This document shows positions 48,356 to 56,349 of a DNA stretch of 64,000 nt, one piece after another. The notes below the pieces were generated by a model. That model was not told where the DNA came from. It ran no database searches and was given only the letters and a program-made list of their open reading frames with translations. How positions within the stretch are numbered: the first letter of the stretch is position 1; each line of letters opens with the position of its first letter. Made by a program: the position numbers and the translations under genes. The stretch comes from a virus: the IMG/VR virus record IMGVR_UViG_3300029319_000010, positions 32,001 to 96,000 of that record; one strand, written 5' to 3'.

Positions 48356-48582
48356 CTATGAGTTCAAGAAGTAAATGGAAATTATATTATTTTGCATTAT
48401 TTTTATGGTATTTATTTTTAGCTTCTCTTGTTGGTTGCGAAAAGCAACTTGAAGAACAGATATGTTGTGATTGGGATGCTACAAATTTTGATCCTGAATA
48501 TAATGGTCATAATGTAAATCAACTATACTTTACAAACAGTTCATTATGTAATGATGATGTTTGTATCTATGAAAACTATTAA
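48349..48582 (+). CDS. Putative small lipoprotein/membrane protein
   Basis: Hydrophobic stretch ending in the lipobox-like LVGC; carries one degenerate C-D-x-x-A-x-N-F-D-P unit. Confidence 0.45.
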   Translation: MVTMSSRSKWKLYYFALFLWYLFLASLVGCEKQLEEQICCDWDATNFDPEYNGHNVNQLYFTNSSLCNDDVCIYENY

Positions 48583-48584
48583 AT

Positions 48585-50489
48585 ATGAATCACTGGGTAA
48601 TGGATTATGAAACCCTAGTGGACTGTTTTGTTGGTGTATTTAAACACTACAAGACTGAAGAAACTAAAATCTTTGCAATATGTAAACAACGTAATGATTT
48701 TAGTAAGTTCCTAGAGTTTCTTAAAGAAAATACGGAAAATAAAGAGTGGCATATATCCTACAATGGATTAGCATTTGATGCACAGATCACTCATTATATT
48801 ATAAAACATTACAAAGATTGGAAATCAATGAAAGGAGAAGACATTGCTCGTGAGATATATTCTTATGCACAGAGTTGTATAGATAAAGCTCATAGTGGTG
48901 AGTTTCAAGAGTATCCTGAATGGCATATGTGTATTAAACAAATAGATGTATTTAAATTAAATCATTGGGATAACATGGCCAAGAGATCTAGCCTTAAATG
49001 GATAGAGTATACTATGGACTGGGATAATATCTTAGACATGCCTATACACCATGATACAGAGATAAATACACAGGATCAGTTAGATTTAGTTATTGAATAC
49101 TGTATTAATGATGTAGAAGCAACTAAGGAAATCTTTAATAGATGTAAACCTTTGATTGCATTAAGAAAGAACTTAACTGAGAAATATAATATTAATTTAT
49201 TTAGTGCATCTGAACCAAGAATAAGTAAAGAAATCTTTGCTTACTATCTTAGTAAAGAACTAGACATGCCACGGTATGAAGTTAAGAAGTTAAGAACATT
49301 TAGAAATGTAATTAAAGTTAAAGATCTTATACTAGACTATATTAAGTTTGATACAGTAGAGTTTAAATCTTTACTAGAAAGGTTTAGGACAGTTGAAGTT
49401 AATCCTAATTATACTAAAGGTGGATTTAGATCTTCGGTTGTATATAAAGGTGTAAAGACTGACTTTGGGTTAGGTGGTGCTCATGGTGCTACTGCACCTG
49501 GAGTGTATGAGTCTGATACTGAGAGAGTTATAATGTCTTCTGATGTTACTAGCTTCTATCCTAACTTAGCTATTGTTAATAAGTATGCACCGGCTCATAT
49601 ACCAAAAGAAAAGTTTTGTGAATTATATCAATGGTTCTTTGATGAAAGAAAGAAGATACCAAAGAGTGATCCAATGAACTATGTGTATAAAATTATCTTA
49701 AACTCAACTTATGGGTTAAGTAATGATAAAAACTCTTTTCTATATGATCCGCAGTTTACTATGTTTATTACTGTTAATGGTCAACTTACACTAATGATGT
49801 TATATGAAATGATTATGACTAGGATACCAAATGCTGTAGCACTTATGCAAAATACTGATGGCGTAGAAACTATCATACCACGTGAGCACATAGATGCTTA
49901 CATGGAAGTTTGTAAAGAGTGGGAGCAGATAACCGGTCTTAATCTTGAGCATGATCAGTATAGTAAACTAGTGTTAGCTGATGTTAATAACTATATAGCA
50001 GTAGATACTAATGGTAAGTCTAAATGTAAAGGTAGATTTGAATATGAAGGTTTAGCTCTTCATAAAAACAAGTCTAAACTGATCATTCCAAAAGCATTGT
50101 ATGCATACTTTGTTGATGGAACTTTACCAGAACATACAATAAAACATAATAGAAATATTTTAGATTATTGTATTGGAGCTAAATCTAAGGGTGCATGGAG
50201 ACAGCACTCTGTATATGTTAAAGATGGTGTTGCACATAAAGATGTGCTACAAAAAATTAACAGATACTACATCTCTAACAAAGGTTGTAAGATAGTTAAG
50301 ATAAATAAAAGTGATAATAGAGAAATTCAATTAGAGTCTGGACAATGGGTTCAAACTGTAATGAATAAGATAGAAAATAAAAAGTGGTCAGACTATGACA
50401 TTAATGAGAAATATTATCTAAATGCAATTGAGAAAGAGATTAACAATATAATTGGTGTGAAAAATAATCAATTATTATTGTTTGAATAA
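48585..50489 (+). CDS. polB: Family B DNA polymerase (crAss-type)
   Basis: ExoI DYET, ExoII YNGLAFD, ExoIII YCINDV; motif A DVTSFYP, motif B KIILNSTYG, motif C NTDG. Confidence 0.92.
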   Translation: MNHWVMDYETLVDCFVGVFKHYKTEETKIFAICKQRNDFSKFLEFLKENTENKEWHISYNGLAFDAQITHYIIKHYKDWKSMKGEDIAREIYSYAQSCIDKAHSGEFQEYPEWHMCIKQIDVFKLNHWDNMAKRSSLKWIEYTMDWDNILDMPIHHDTEINTQDQLDLVIEYCINDVEATKEIFNRCKPLIALRKNLTEKYNINLFSASEPRISKEIFAYYLSKELDMPRYEVKKLRTFRNVIKVKDLILDYIKFDTVEFKSLLERFRTVEVNPNYTKGGFRSSVVYKGVKTDFGLGGAHGATAPGVYESDTERVIMSSDVTSFYPNLAIVNKYAPAHIPKEKFCELYQWFFDERKKIPKSDPMNYVYKIILNSTYGLSNDKNSFLYDPQFTMFITVNGQLTLMMLYEMIMTRIPNAVALMQNTDGVETIIPREHIDAYMEVCKEWEQITGLNLEHDQYSKLVLADVNNYIAVDTNGKSKCKGRFEYEGLALHKNKSKLIIPKALYAYFVDGTLPEHTIKHNRNILDYCIGAKSKGAWRQHSVYVKDGVAHKDVLQKINRYYISNKGCKIVKINKSDNREIQLESGQWVQTVMNKIENKKWSDYDINEKYYLNAIEKEINNIIGVKNNQLLLFE

Positions 50490-50595
50490 GTTTTATTATT
50501 ATATTTGTAAAAGTCCAGGGGGAGCTAAGGTCGTGTATAAAGATTTACACTTCATTCGTGCACAGCTCCCCATGGCAACTAAAAACCAATAAATT

Positions 50596-51411
50596 ATGGG
50601 ATATACAAGACCAAGAAAAACTACTAAAGATTACTTGGTAGCAGCACCGCTACCTAATCATGGAAAAACTTACACAGTTATTCCTCATAAAGATGTTATA
50701 GAGACAACTAAGACTCTATTAGACAACAGTGGATTTCAGATCACTAAAGAACTTTACAGGGCAAACATGAATGCTAAAGTAGCACAAGGTGTTTATCACC
50801 TTGCTTCAGATCAAGATGAAGAAATGGGGATGATGTTTGCTTGGACTAATTCTTATGATAAAAGTACACGGTTTCAGTGTGCTGTAGGAGCTTTCGTAAA
50901 TGTATGTAGCAATGGTATGTTATGTGGAGACATGGCAAACTATGCTAGAAAACATACAGGTAAAGCAGATCATGATATTCATACTCAAATAAGTTCACAA
51001 ATTAAATCAGCTAACAAGTATTATACTAAGTTAATTGATGATAAGAATGAGATGAGAAAAATATTTCTACCTAAGAAAGATCAAGCAGAATTAGTTGGAA
51101 GATTATTCTTAGATGAAGAGATTATTGATTCATCACAAGTTTCTTGCATAAAAGCAGAAATGAAAGAACCATCTTATGATTATAAAGCTGATCTTAATAA
51201 TGCTTGGACATTCTACAATCACATAACACATGCACTTAAAAAGTCACATCCACGTACATGGATGAGTGATCAAGTAAAGTTTCATGAGTTTATGACTGCA
51301 GAATTACTTAGTCAAGCTGCACTTAAGAAGCAGGATACTAGTTGGCCTGTAGATTTTATAGCAGATATGGAAGCTCAAGAGTATGATACATTTGAAGAGT
51401 TTAAAATATAA
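50596..51411 (+). CDS. DUF932/DUF945-like protein
   Basis: NSYDKS...GAFVNVCSNGM...RKHTG, AWTFYN. Confidence 0.75.
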   Translation: MGYTRPRKTTKDYLVAAPLPNHGKTYTVIPHKDVIETTKTLLDNSGFQITKELYRANMNAKVAQGVYHLASDQDEEMGMMFAWTNSYDKSTRFQCAVGAFVNVCSNGMLCGDMANYARKHTGKADHDIHTQISSQIKSANKYYTKLIDDKNEMRKIFLPKKDQAELVGRLFLDEEIIDSSQVSCIKAEMKEPSYDYKADLNNAWTFYNHITHALKKSHPRTWMSDQVKFHEFMTAELLSQAALKKQDTSWPVDFIADMEAQEYDTFEEFKI

Positions 51412-52247
51412 TGCCAATAAAATATCAAAAGACTAGAACATTAGTTACCAAGACAAATAACAATAGTAGTGACTGCATAGCACCAAATATAATTTACGGG
51501 TGCTACGGGGGCTGTGTAGACACCTATTGTTATATGTCTAGGTTTAATGGTAATAGAGTATTTGTTAACAAAAATGTTAATGATATATTTAATTCTGTAG
51601 TAGAATGGGAAAAATCTTATAATAAAGTTCCTAATCAACAGGATCCTGTTTACACTATGGTAGACATTGCTTGTAATTCAGATTTAGTTTTGATGCAGAA
51701 GCATATGCCAGAACCACTTCATGATTATCTTAAAAGGTATGATGATCATCAACAGCTTAATAGTACTATGGCTACTAAGTATCCAGGTCTGCTTAAGTTA
51801 GATGTAAATCATTTTAATAAAAGGCCACGTGTGCGTGTTAGTCTTATGCCTCAAGAGTACTCTAACATTCTAGAACCTAAAATGCAGAAGATATCGTCAA
51901 GAATAGATGATGTTAATAGGTTAAAAGGTCTAGGATGGGAAGTACATTTAAACTATTCACCTCTTGTATTTTATCCAGGATGGAGTAAAGAGTATGAAAG
52001 TTTATTTAAAGAAGTAAAAGAGAAAGCCGGTGAGAATAAATGTGAAGTTATTGCACTTACTAATCATGTTCATCAAATGAATAGAAGCAGTGAGGAAGCA
52101 AGGGAATTAATGAAATATTCTGATGAGATCAAAAATGGTAATGGAATAATGCGTTATCCTATACGCCAGAAAACAAGAGCTTTAGCTAACTTTAAAATGA
52201 TCTACAGTAAATATTTTAATTTACAAACTATTAGATATATATTTTAA
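51411..52247 (+). CDS. Spore photoproduct lyase-like radical SAM protein
   Basis: GCYGGCVDTYCYM cluster motif, DIACNSD, ATKY, RVRVSLMP, MRYP and YIF C-terminus. Confidence 0.8.
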   Translation: MPIKYQKTRTLVTKTNNNSSDCIAPNIIYGCYGGCVDTYCYMSRFNGNRVFVNKNVNDIFNSVVEWEKSYNKVPNQQDPVYTMVDIACNSDLVLMQKHMPEPLHDYLKRYDDHQQLNSTMATKYPGLLKLDVNHFNKRPRVRVSLMPQEYSNILEPKMQKISSRIDDVNRLKGLGWEVHLNYSPLVFYPGWSKEYESLFKEVKEKAGENKCEVIALTNHVHQMNRSSEEARELMKYSDEIKNGNGIMRYPIRQKTRALANFKMIYSKYFNLQTIRYIF

Positions 52248-52248
52248 A

Positions 52249-52332
52249 ATGACTGATGACCAAAAAGAAGCTGTTGTAAGATTAATATTAGTAATAATAT
52301 TATTAATAGTATTTGTATTAATTCAATTATAA
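52249..52332 (+). CDS. Small single-TM peptide (27 aa)
   Basis: MTDDQKEAVVRLILVIILLIVFVLIQL directly after the SPL-like stop. Confidence 0.35.
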   Translation: MTDDQKEAVVRLILVIILLIVFVLIQL

Positions 52333-52420
52333 AGAAAGGGGGTCAATGGTAGCGTGAACCCCCTCTCTGTTCTCTGTAAAATTCAACCTGCACGGTTACA
52401 GAGATATATAAGAAGTGTTA

Positions 52421-52555
52421 TTATCTACCTTGACCTCTATACTTTTTAGTATAATTGCTACCTCCCTTATTGAATGTAGTTCTACTCTTAGCATGTCTAC
52501 CATGAGATTTTCTACTATTAGGCATAAATGTAAATGTATTTTTCTTTGTCGCCAT
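52421..52555 (-). CDS. Small basic protein, 44 aa, ending KKYRGQGR; absent from the ORF track
   Basis: MATKKNTFTFMPNSRKSHGRHAKSRTTFNKGGSNYTKKYRGQGR; TAATG overlap with the upstream gene. Confidence 0.7.
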   Translation of the reverse strand: MATKKNTFTFMPNSRKSHGRHAKSRTTFNKGGSNYTKKYRGQGR

Positions 52556-52935
52556 TATACTCTTGTAAAGAATGCATATACTACATTTGTAACTGCAGTA
52601 TCATACTTTAATTTTGCACCTGTTCCATCTTCAACTACAAAAAATGCAAAATCACCAACTCCTAATTTAGTTAAGTTAGTGCTTCCACCATCATTAGTAA
52701 CAAGTATATTACCAGTTCCAGTACCACCACCATTAGTTCCTGTATTATGAACAAATAAATATGTATCACCTTGACTTGTAGGAATAATTGATTGATTTAA
52801 AGCAGCATATGTCGTTATACCAGCTGAAGTTACTGTGCTTTCTTGTACAGTAATAACAGGGTTTAAGGTTATAGACACAGGATCACTTTGACCAGTTATA
52901 GTACCTGTAAGATTAAATAAAGTTTGTAAATTCAT
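52555..52935 (-). CDS. Small beta-rich putative virion protein (paralog 1 of 3)
   Basis: TYLFVHNTG...KLGVGDFAF...VVYAFF. Confidence 0.6.
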   Translation of the reverse strand: MNLQTLFNLTGTITGQSDPVSITLNPVITVQESTVTSAGITTYAALNQSIIPTSQGDTYLFVHNTGTNGGGTGTGNILVTNDGGSTNLTKLGVGDFAFFVVEDGTGAKLKYDTAVTNVVYAFFTRV

Positions 52936-52958
52936 TTTATTATTATTTTATATTATTA

Positions 52959-53363
52959 TTAATGTCTTTTTAGATAAGCATAAACATATGTAGTAACTGA
53001 GTTATCATATACAGCCTTTAAACCTGCTTGTGCTATCAAAGGTATAAACATTGCATCACCAACATTTAAATGTGCTATGTTTGTTCCAGCACCGTTTGTA
53101 AGTATAACTTTACCTCCAGTACTAAGATCTCCGTTTGCACCAACATTTCTAACATACACATACTGTGTAGAACCTCCAGCTGCAGGTGCAGCAGATGTTC
53201 CTAGTATTTCAAAAGGTGTACCATTTACGGTATTTCTTGATGCAGATGTTAGAGAAGGATTTTCAACGTCTAATTCAAAGTCAGTAAAATTAATACCTAC
53301 TGAATCACTTTGACCTGTTAAACTTCCGTTTAAACTTAAACTAAATTTTACTTTATCAGCCAT
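52959..53363 (-). CDS. Small beta-rich putative virion protein (paralog 2 of 3)
   Basis: QYVYVRNVG...HLNVGDAMF...YVYAYL; shares TGQSD with paralog 1. Confidence 0.6.
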   Translation of the reverse strand: MADKVKFSLSLNGSLTGQSDSVGINFTDFELDVENPSLTSASRNTVNGTPFEILGTSAAPAAGGSTQYVYVRNVGANGDLSTGGKVILTNGAGTNIAHLNVGDAMFIPLIAQAGLKAVYDNSVTTYVYAYLKRH

Positions 53364-53381
53364 TTTTTTAAATTTTAAATA

Positions 53382-53783
53382 TTATTGTTTCTTCTTATTA
53401 AATTTTTCAACAGATCTACCACCAAAATAGGCACCAATCACTGTTATTAATACTAACTGTAGAAGATCAGTCCACTTTTCTTCTACGGTAAATGTTAATG
53501 CACCAGCATCAATAAAGATCAATAACATAGTACATACTATTAAAAATATAAGAACCATAGGTCTTACATTTTTACTTAACCAACTATCAGAATTCATATC
53601 TGCCGTCCAACGGTCAGTTATATTTTTTTCCATTTGAGCTTCATGATTCATGATTAGCTCTTTTAGTTTTCTTTTAGCGTCTAGTTTTTCTTCATCTGTT
53701 GTTACTAAGTTATCTATCACACCACCAACTGATTCTACCAAGTTGCTTCCGGCACCTGAGAAAATCTTTTTTAGTATACTCAT
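53382..53783 (-). CDS. Holin, 3TM (GTA-type) family
   Basis: IDNLVTTDEEK...RWTADMNSDSWLSKNVRP...GAYFGGRSVEK. Confidence 0.8.
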   Translation of the reverse strand: MSILKKIFSGAGSNLVESVGGVIDNLVTTDEEKLDAKRKLKELIMNHEAQMEKNITDRWTADMNSDSWLSKNVRPMVLIFLIVCTMLLIFIDAGALTFTVEEKWTDLLQLVLITVIGAYFGGRSVEKFNKKKQ

Positions 53784-53800
53784 ACTTTAAGTTTTTAAAT

Positions 53801-53977
53801 TTACAATACCCCGTTAGGACCAATAGAACCAACAGAACCTCCATATTTAGCAAATATGTCACTGGTACCAGTTCCATAACCACCTACCCTCGACCCTCTT
53901 TTCATTGCTTTTCTTTTTTCTCTTCTATCTTGTCTTCTATTTCTTCTATCTTGTCTTTTTTCTTTATTTCCAAACAT
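53801..53977 (-). CDS. Small basic protein, 58 aa, ending GPNGVL; absent from the ORF track
   Basis: MFGNKEKRQDRRNRRQDRREKRKAMKRGSRVGGYGTGTSDIFAKYGGSVGSIGPNGVL. Confidence 0.7.
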   Translation of the reverse strand: MFGNKEKRQDRRNRRQDRREKRKAMKRGSRVGGYGTGTSDIFAKYGGSVGSIGPNGVL

Positions 53978-53996
53978 AATATTTATTTTTTAATAT

Positions 53997-54131
53997 TTAT
54001 AATACCCCATTAGGTCCCACAGACTTCATTAATGGTTTGTGATATTCACCACCACACATCATCATGTGAGATCCCCCACACTTATAAGTCTTTTTCTTTT
54101 TCTTATCTTTCTTTTTCTTTTTATACATCAT
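53997..54131 (-). CDS. Small basic protein, 44 aa, ending GPNGVL; absent from the ORF track
   Basis: MMYKKKKKDKKKKKTYKCGGSHMMMCGGEYHKPLMKSVGPNGVL; ATGA overlap with the upstream gene. Confidence 0.7.
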   Translation of the reverse strand: MMYKKKKKDKKKKKTYKCGGSHMMMCGGEYHKPLMKSVGPNGVL

Positions 54132-54361
54132 AATAAACTATTTGGTCCCATGTTCATACCATATGGACAACCGCAACCCTGCACCTGTCCACCTTCAGCT
54201 TTTTTAAAGCTTTTTAATGTTTTAGCTAAGTTACATCTACGTTTTGCTTTAGTAGATGGAGGATTCTTGCAATATTCTGAGATGCTCTTTCCTTCAGCTT
54301 TAGCAGCTGCAGTCAAAGCACCTGGTTTTTTTATTGCTTTTTTTATCCAATTCTTAGCCAT
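54128..54361 (-). CDS. Small basic protein (NWIKKAIKKPGA family) ending GPNSLL
   Basis: 77 aa; KRRCNLAKTL; KAEGG. Confidence 0.7.
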   Translation of the reverse strand: MAKNWIKKAIKKPGALTAAAKAEGKSISEYCKNPPSTKAKRRCNLAKTLKSFKKAEGGQVQGCGCPYGMNMGPNSLL

Positions 54362-54364
54362 ATT

Positions 54365-54670
54365 TTAATCTTCACAAACATTTGAGTGGGAGCCATCACA
54401 GTATCCATCAGGATCTGAAGTGGTACCACACACACATTCTTTCTTATCTTTAACAAAGAATCTATCATATGCACCTTCTTTAACTGTCTTTACAAAAAGT
54501 TCAAATTGATCTTTTGTAAACTCAGTATAGCCTTCATCTTCTCCACCAACAATTACTTTGTCAGATTCGGTTGAGATGTCAATTGCTGGACAACTCTTAC
54601 AGCTAGCACAAAAAGTCATTTGTGATCTGTTTGCACTAATTTTTACATTTTTTAATCCTTCTAATTCCAT
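54365..54670 (-). CDS. CDGSH iron-sulfur motif protein
   Basis: C-terminal CVCGTTSDPDGYCDGSH; N-terminal CxxCxxC and DUF397-like region. Confidence 0.7.
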   Translation of the reverse strand: MELEGLKNVKISANRSQMTFCASCKSCPAIDISTESDKVIVGGEDEGYTEFTKDQFELFVKTVKEGAYDRFFVKDKKECVCGTTSDPDGYCDGSHSNVCED

Positions 54671-54674
54671 TGGT

Positions 54675-55043
54675 TTATACTTTTTTAAATTTAGCGTAAT
54701 TAACTACACATGCAGCAGTGTCAGAAATTAATTCTAATCCTTCTCCACCGTCACAACATAAAAACATGAAGCTACCTGGAAAGAGTTTAGCATATGTATT
54801 ATTTGCCACGTCTTGAACAGTTACAAAATTGGCAAGATCTGTATTTTGAATGAATATATAAGTATCAGCAGCAGTAGTTGGAATAATCTCTGTAGCAGAT
54901 GTTGGTATTGACATAGATTTTGATTCTACGTCAGTATTATCAAAATTTACAGTGTCTAAAACTGTGCTATTTAAACTAAATATACCACTAACTGTGTCAG
55001 CAGTATTAAGGTTTAATGAGAGATTAAGTGCTTGTGTTGCCAT
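54675..55043 (-). CDS. Small beta-rich putative virion protein (paralog 3 of 3)
   Basis: TYIFIQNTD...KLFPGSFMF...VNYAKF. Confidence 0.6.
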   Translation of the reverse strand: MATQALNLSLNLNTADTVSGIFSLNSTVLDTVNFDNTDVESKSMSIPTSATEIIPTTAADTYIFIQNTDLANFVTVQDVANNTYAKLFPGSFMFLCCDGGEGLELISDTAACVVNYAKFKKV

Positions 55044-55225
55044 TATATTTCAAATCCAAAGTTAAATATCATAAATCTAAATCTTTTACAATTTGGCTGT
55101 TTGTTTTCACAAAACCAGCATGGGCAAAAGTATAGTTCTAATAATGTTAATTTACCAAGTCTAAGGTTTAATTCATAAACCTCTTTCTTATTTCCTGATT
55201 TCCAGGAATTAATCCAATTTATCAT
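55043..55225 (-). CDS. Hypothetical small protein
   Basis: 60-aa ORF downstream of the late motif at 55251-55261. Confidence 0.55.
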   Translation of the reverse strand: MINWINSWKSGNKKEVYELNLRLGKLTLLELYFCPCWFCENKQPNCKRFRFMIFNFGFEI

Positions 55226-55250
55226 AATAAAATAATTTATGTTATATTAT

Positions 55251-55261
55251 TAATATACAAA
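55251..55261 (-). promoter_or_regulatory. Putative late-promoter motif TTTGTATATTA
   Basis: Exact copy about 26 nt upstream of ATG 55225. Confidence 0.65.
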
Positions 55262-55275
55262 AAAATAAGTGAAAA

Positions 55276-56349
55276 TTAAAGTATGATATAGTTTATTCCA
55301 AACTTGAAATCATGCCAGTCACGGTTCCAGTATTTGTTATATTTTCCTTCAATAAAGATACCTAGGTTCTTATTGATCTTATAACCAAATATTAAACCAC
55401 CTGAATAATCTATCCAATTGCCACCATTAAAATTATGATATGAGTACTCACCCCCTGTATCCAAATGCACCGGTAGTAGGTTCGCCCAAGAATGAAACCA
55501 TATTGTTTTAGTGTAGTGATAGTAGTCTAAACCAACTACTAGAGAATGACACCACTGAACAGGTAATGCATCCTTTTTTGATTTCACATAATCATTAAGA
55601 ACTTGGGGGACCACTACCTCTTCCCATACTTCACTACTTGTAGCCACGACTGCTCCACTAGGGTCTAAGTAGCTTATTCCTGTTGGGTCAAACCCAATTG
55701 TGTAGCCTTCCTCTAAAGCAAGGTTTGTGTAGTGTATGTTTCCATTAGATAGTACCCACTCAGCTAAAGGGTCATAACCGTAAGGTTCTGATATTCTTTG
55801 TACAGCTCCTGCAGTAACTGAAAGTTTTCTACCTATCTTTTGTCTATATCGTTGTGACGCTTCCATGTATTCTACATCAGCAAAGCCGTCTTGTAAGTAC
55901 TCTATCTTAACCACCCATCTATCTGCTAAGTATCGTAAAAAGTGATGTTGGTCTACATAAGAGTTACCTTGTTGTCTTTTATAATCTGCCTCAAACAAAA
56001 ACTCAAATCCTCTAGTTCGTCCAATAGTAGCGGCATCAGAGTAAGAAGTTTCTGTACCATCTTTGAATGTATTAGCTTTATTCTCGTATCCAAATCTTTG
56101 TATCTTTCTTACACCTACAGTAAAAGCATAGTCAAATGGAGTTTCTATTACATCGGTTTGAAGTCCATCTAATATAGAATATGTATTCTGATCTGAAATA
56201 GAGGTACCACCATTTACTGCAGCGTAGAATGTAGAGAACTTAAAAGTTTTCTTAAGTTCTGTTTTAAACTTGCTATCCTGAGCACAACACTTTTTAGGTG
56301 CTACACAAGACAATAATAGTAATAATATGGTTAGTAGTATTTTTTTCAC
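55276..56349 (-). CDS. Putative outer-membrane beta-barrel protein with signal peptide
   Basis: MKK + hydrophobic signal; amphipathic aromatic-rich strands; C-terminal FKFGINYIIL beta-signal-like strand. Confidence 0.65.
   Translation of the reverse strand: MKKILLTILLLLLSCVAPKKCCAQDSKFKTELKKTFKFSTFYAAVNGGTSISDQNTYSILDGLQTDVIETPFDYAFTVGVRKIQRFGYENKANTFKDGTETSYSDAATIGRTRGFEFLFEADYKRQQGNSYVDQHHFLRYLADRWVVKIEYLQDGFADVEYMEASQRYRQKIGRKLSVTAGAVQRISEPYGYDPLAEWVLSNGNIHYTNLALEEGYTIGFDPTGISYLDPSGAVVATSSEVWEEVVVPQVLNDYVKSKKDALPVQWCHSLVVGLDYYHYTKTIWFHSWANLLPVHLDTGGEYSYHNFNGGNWIDYSGGLIFGYKINKNLGIFIEGKYNKYWNRDWHDFKFGINYIIL

Noticed and set aside
17113-50489. Inteins or introns in TerL, DnaB or PolB
   Set aside because: Lengths are compact, motifs are contiguous and no splice-junction or homing-endonuclease signatures are visible
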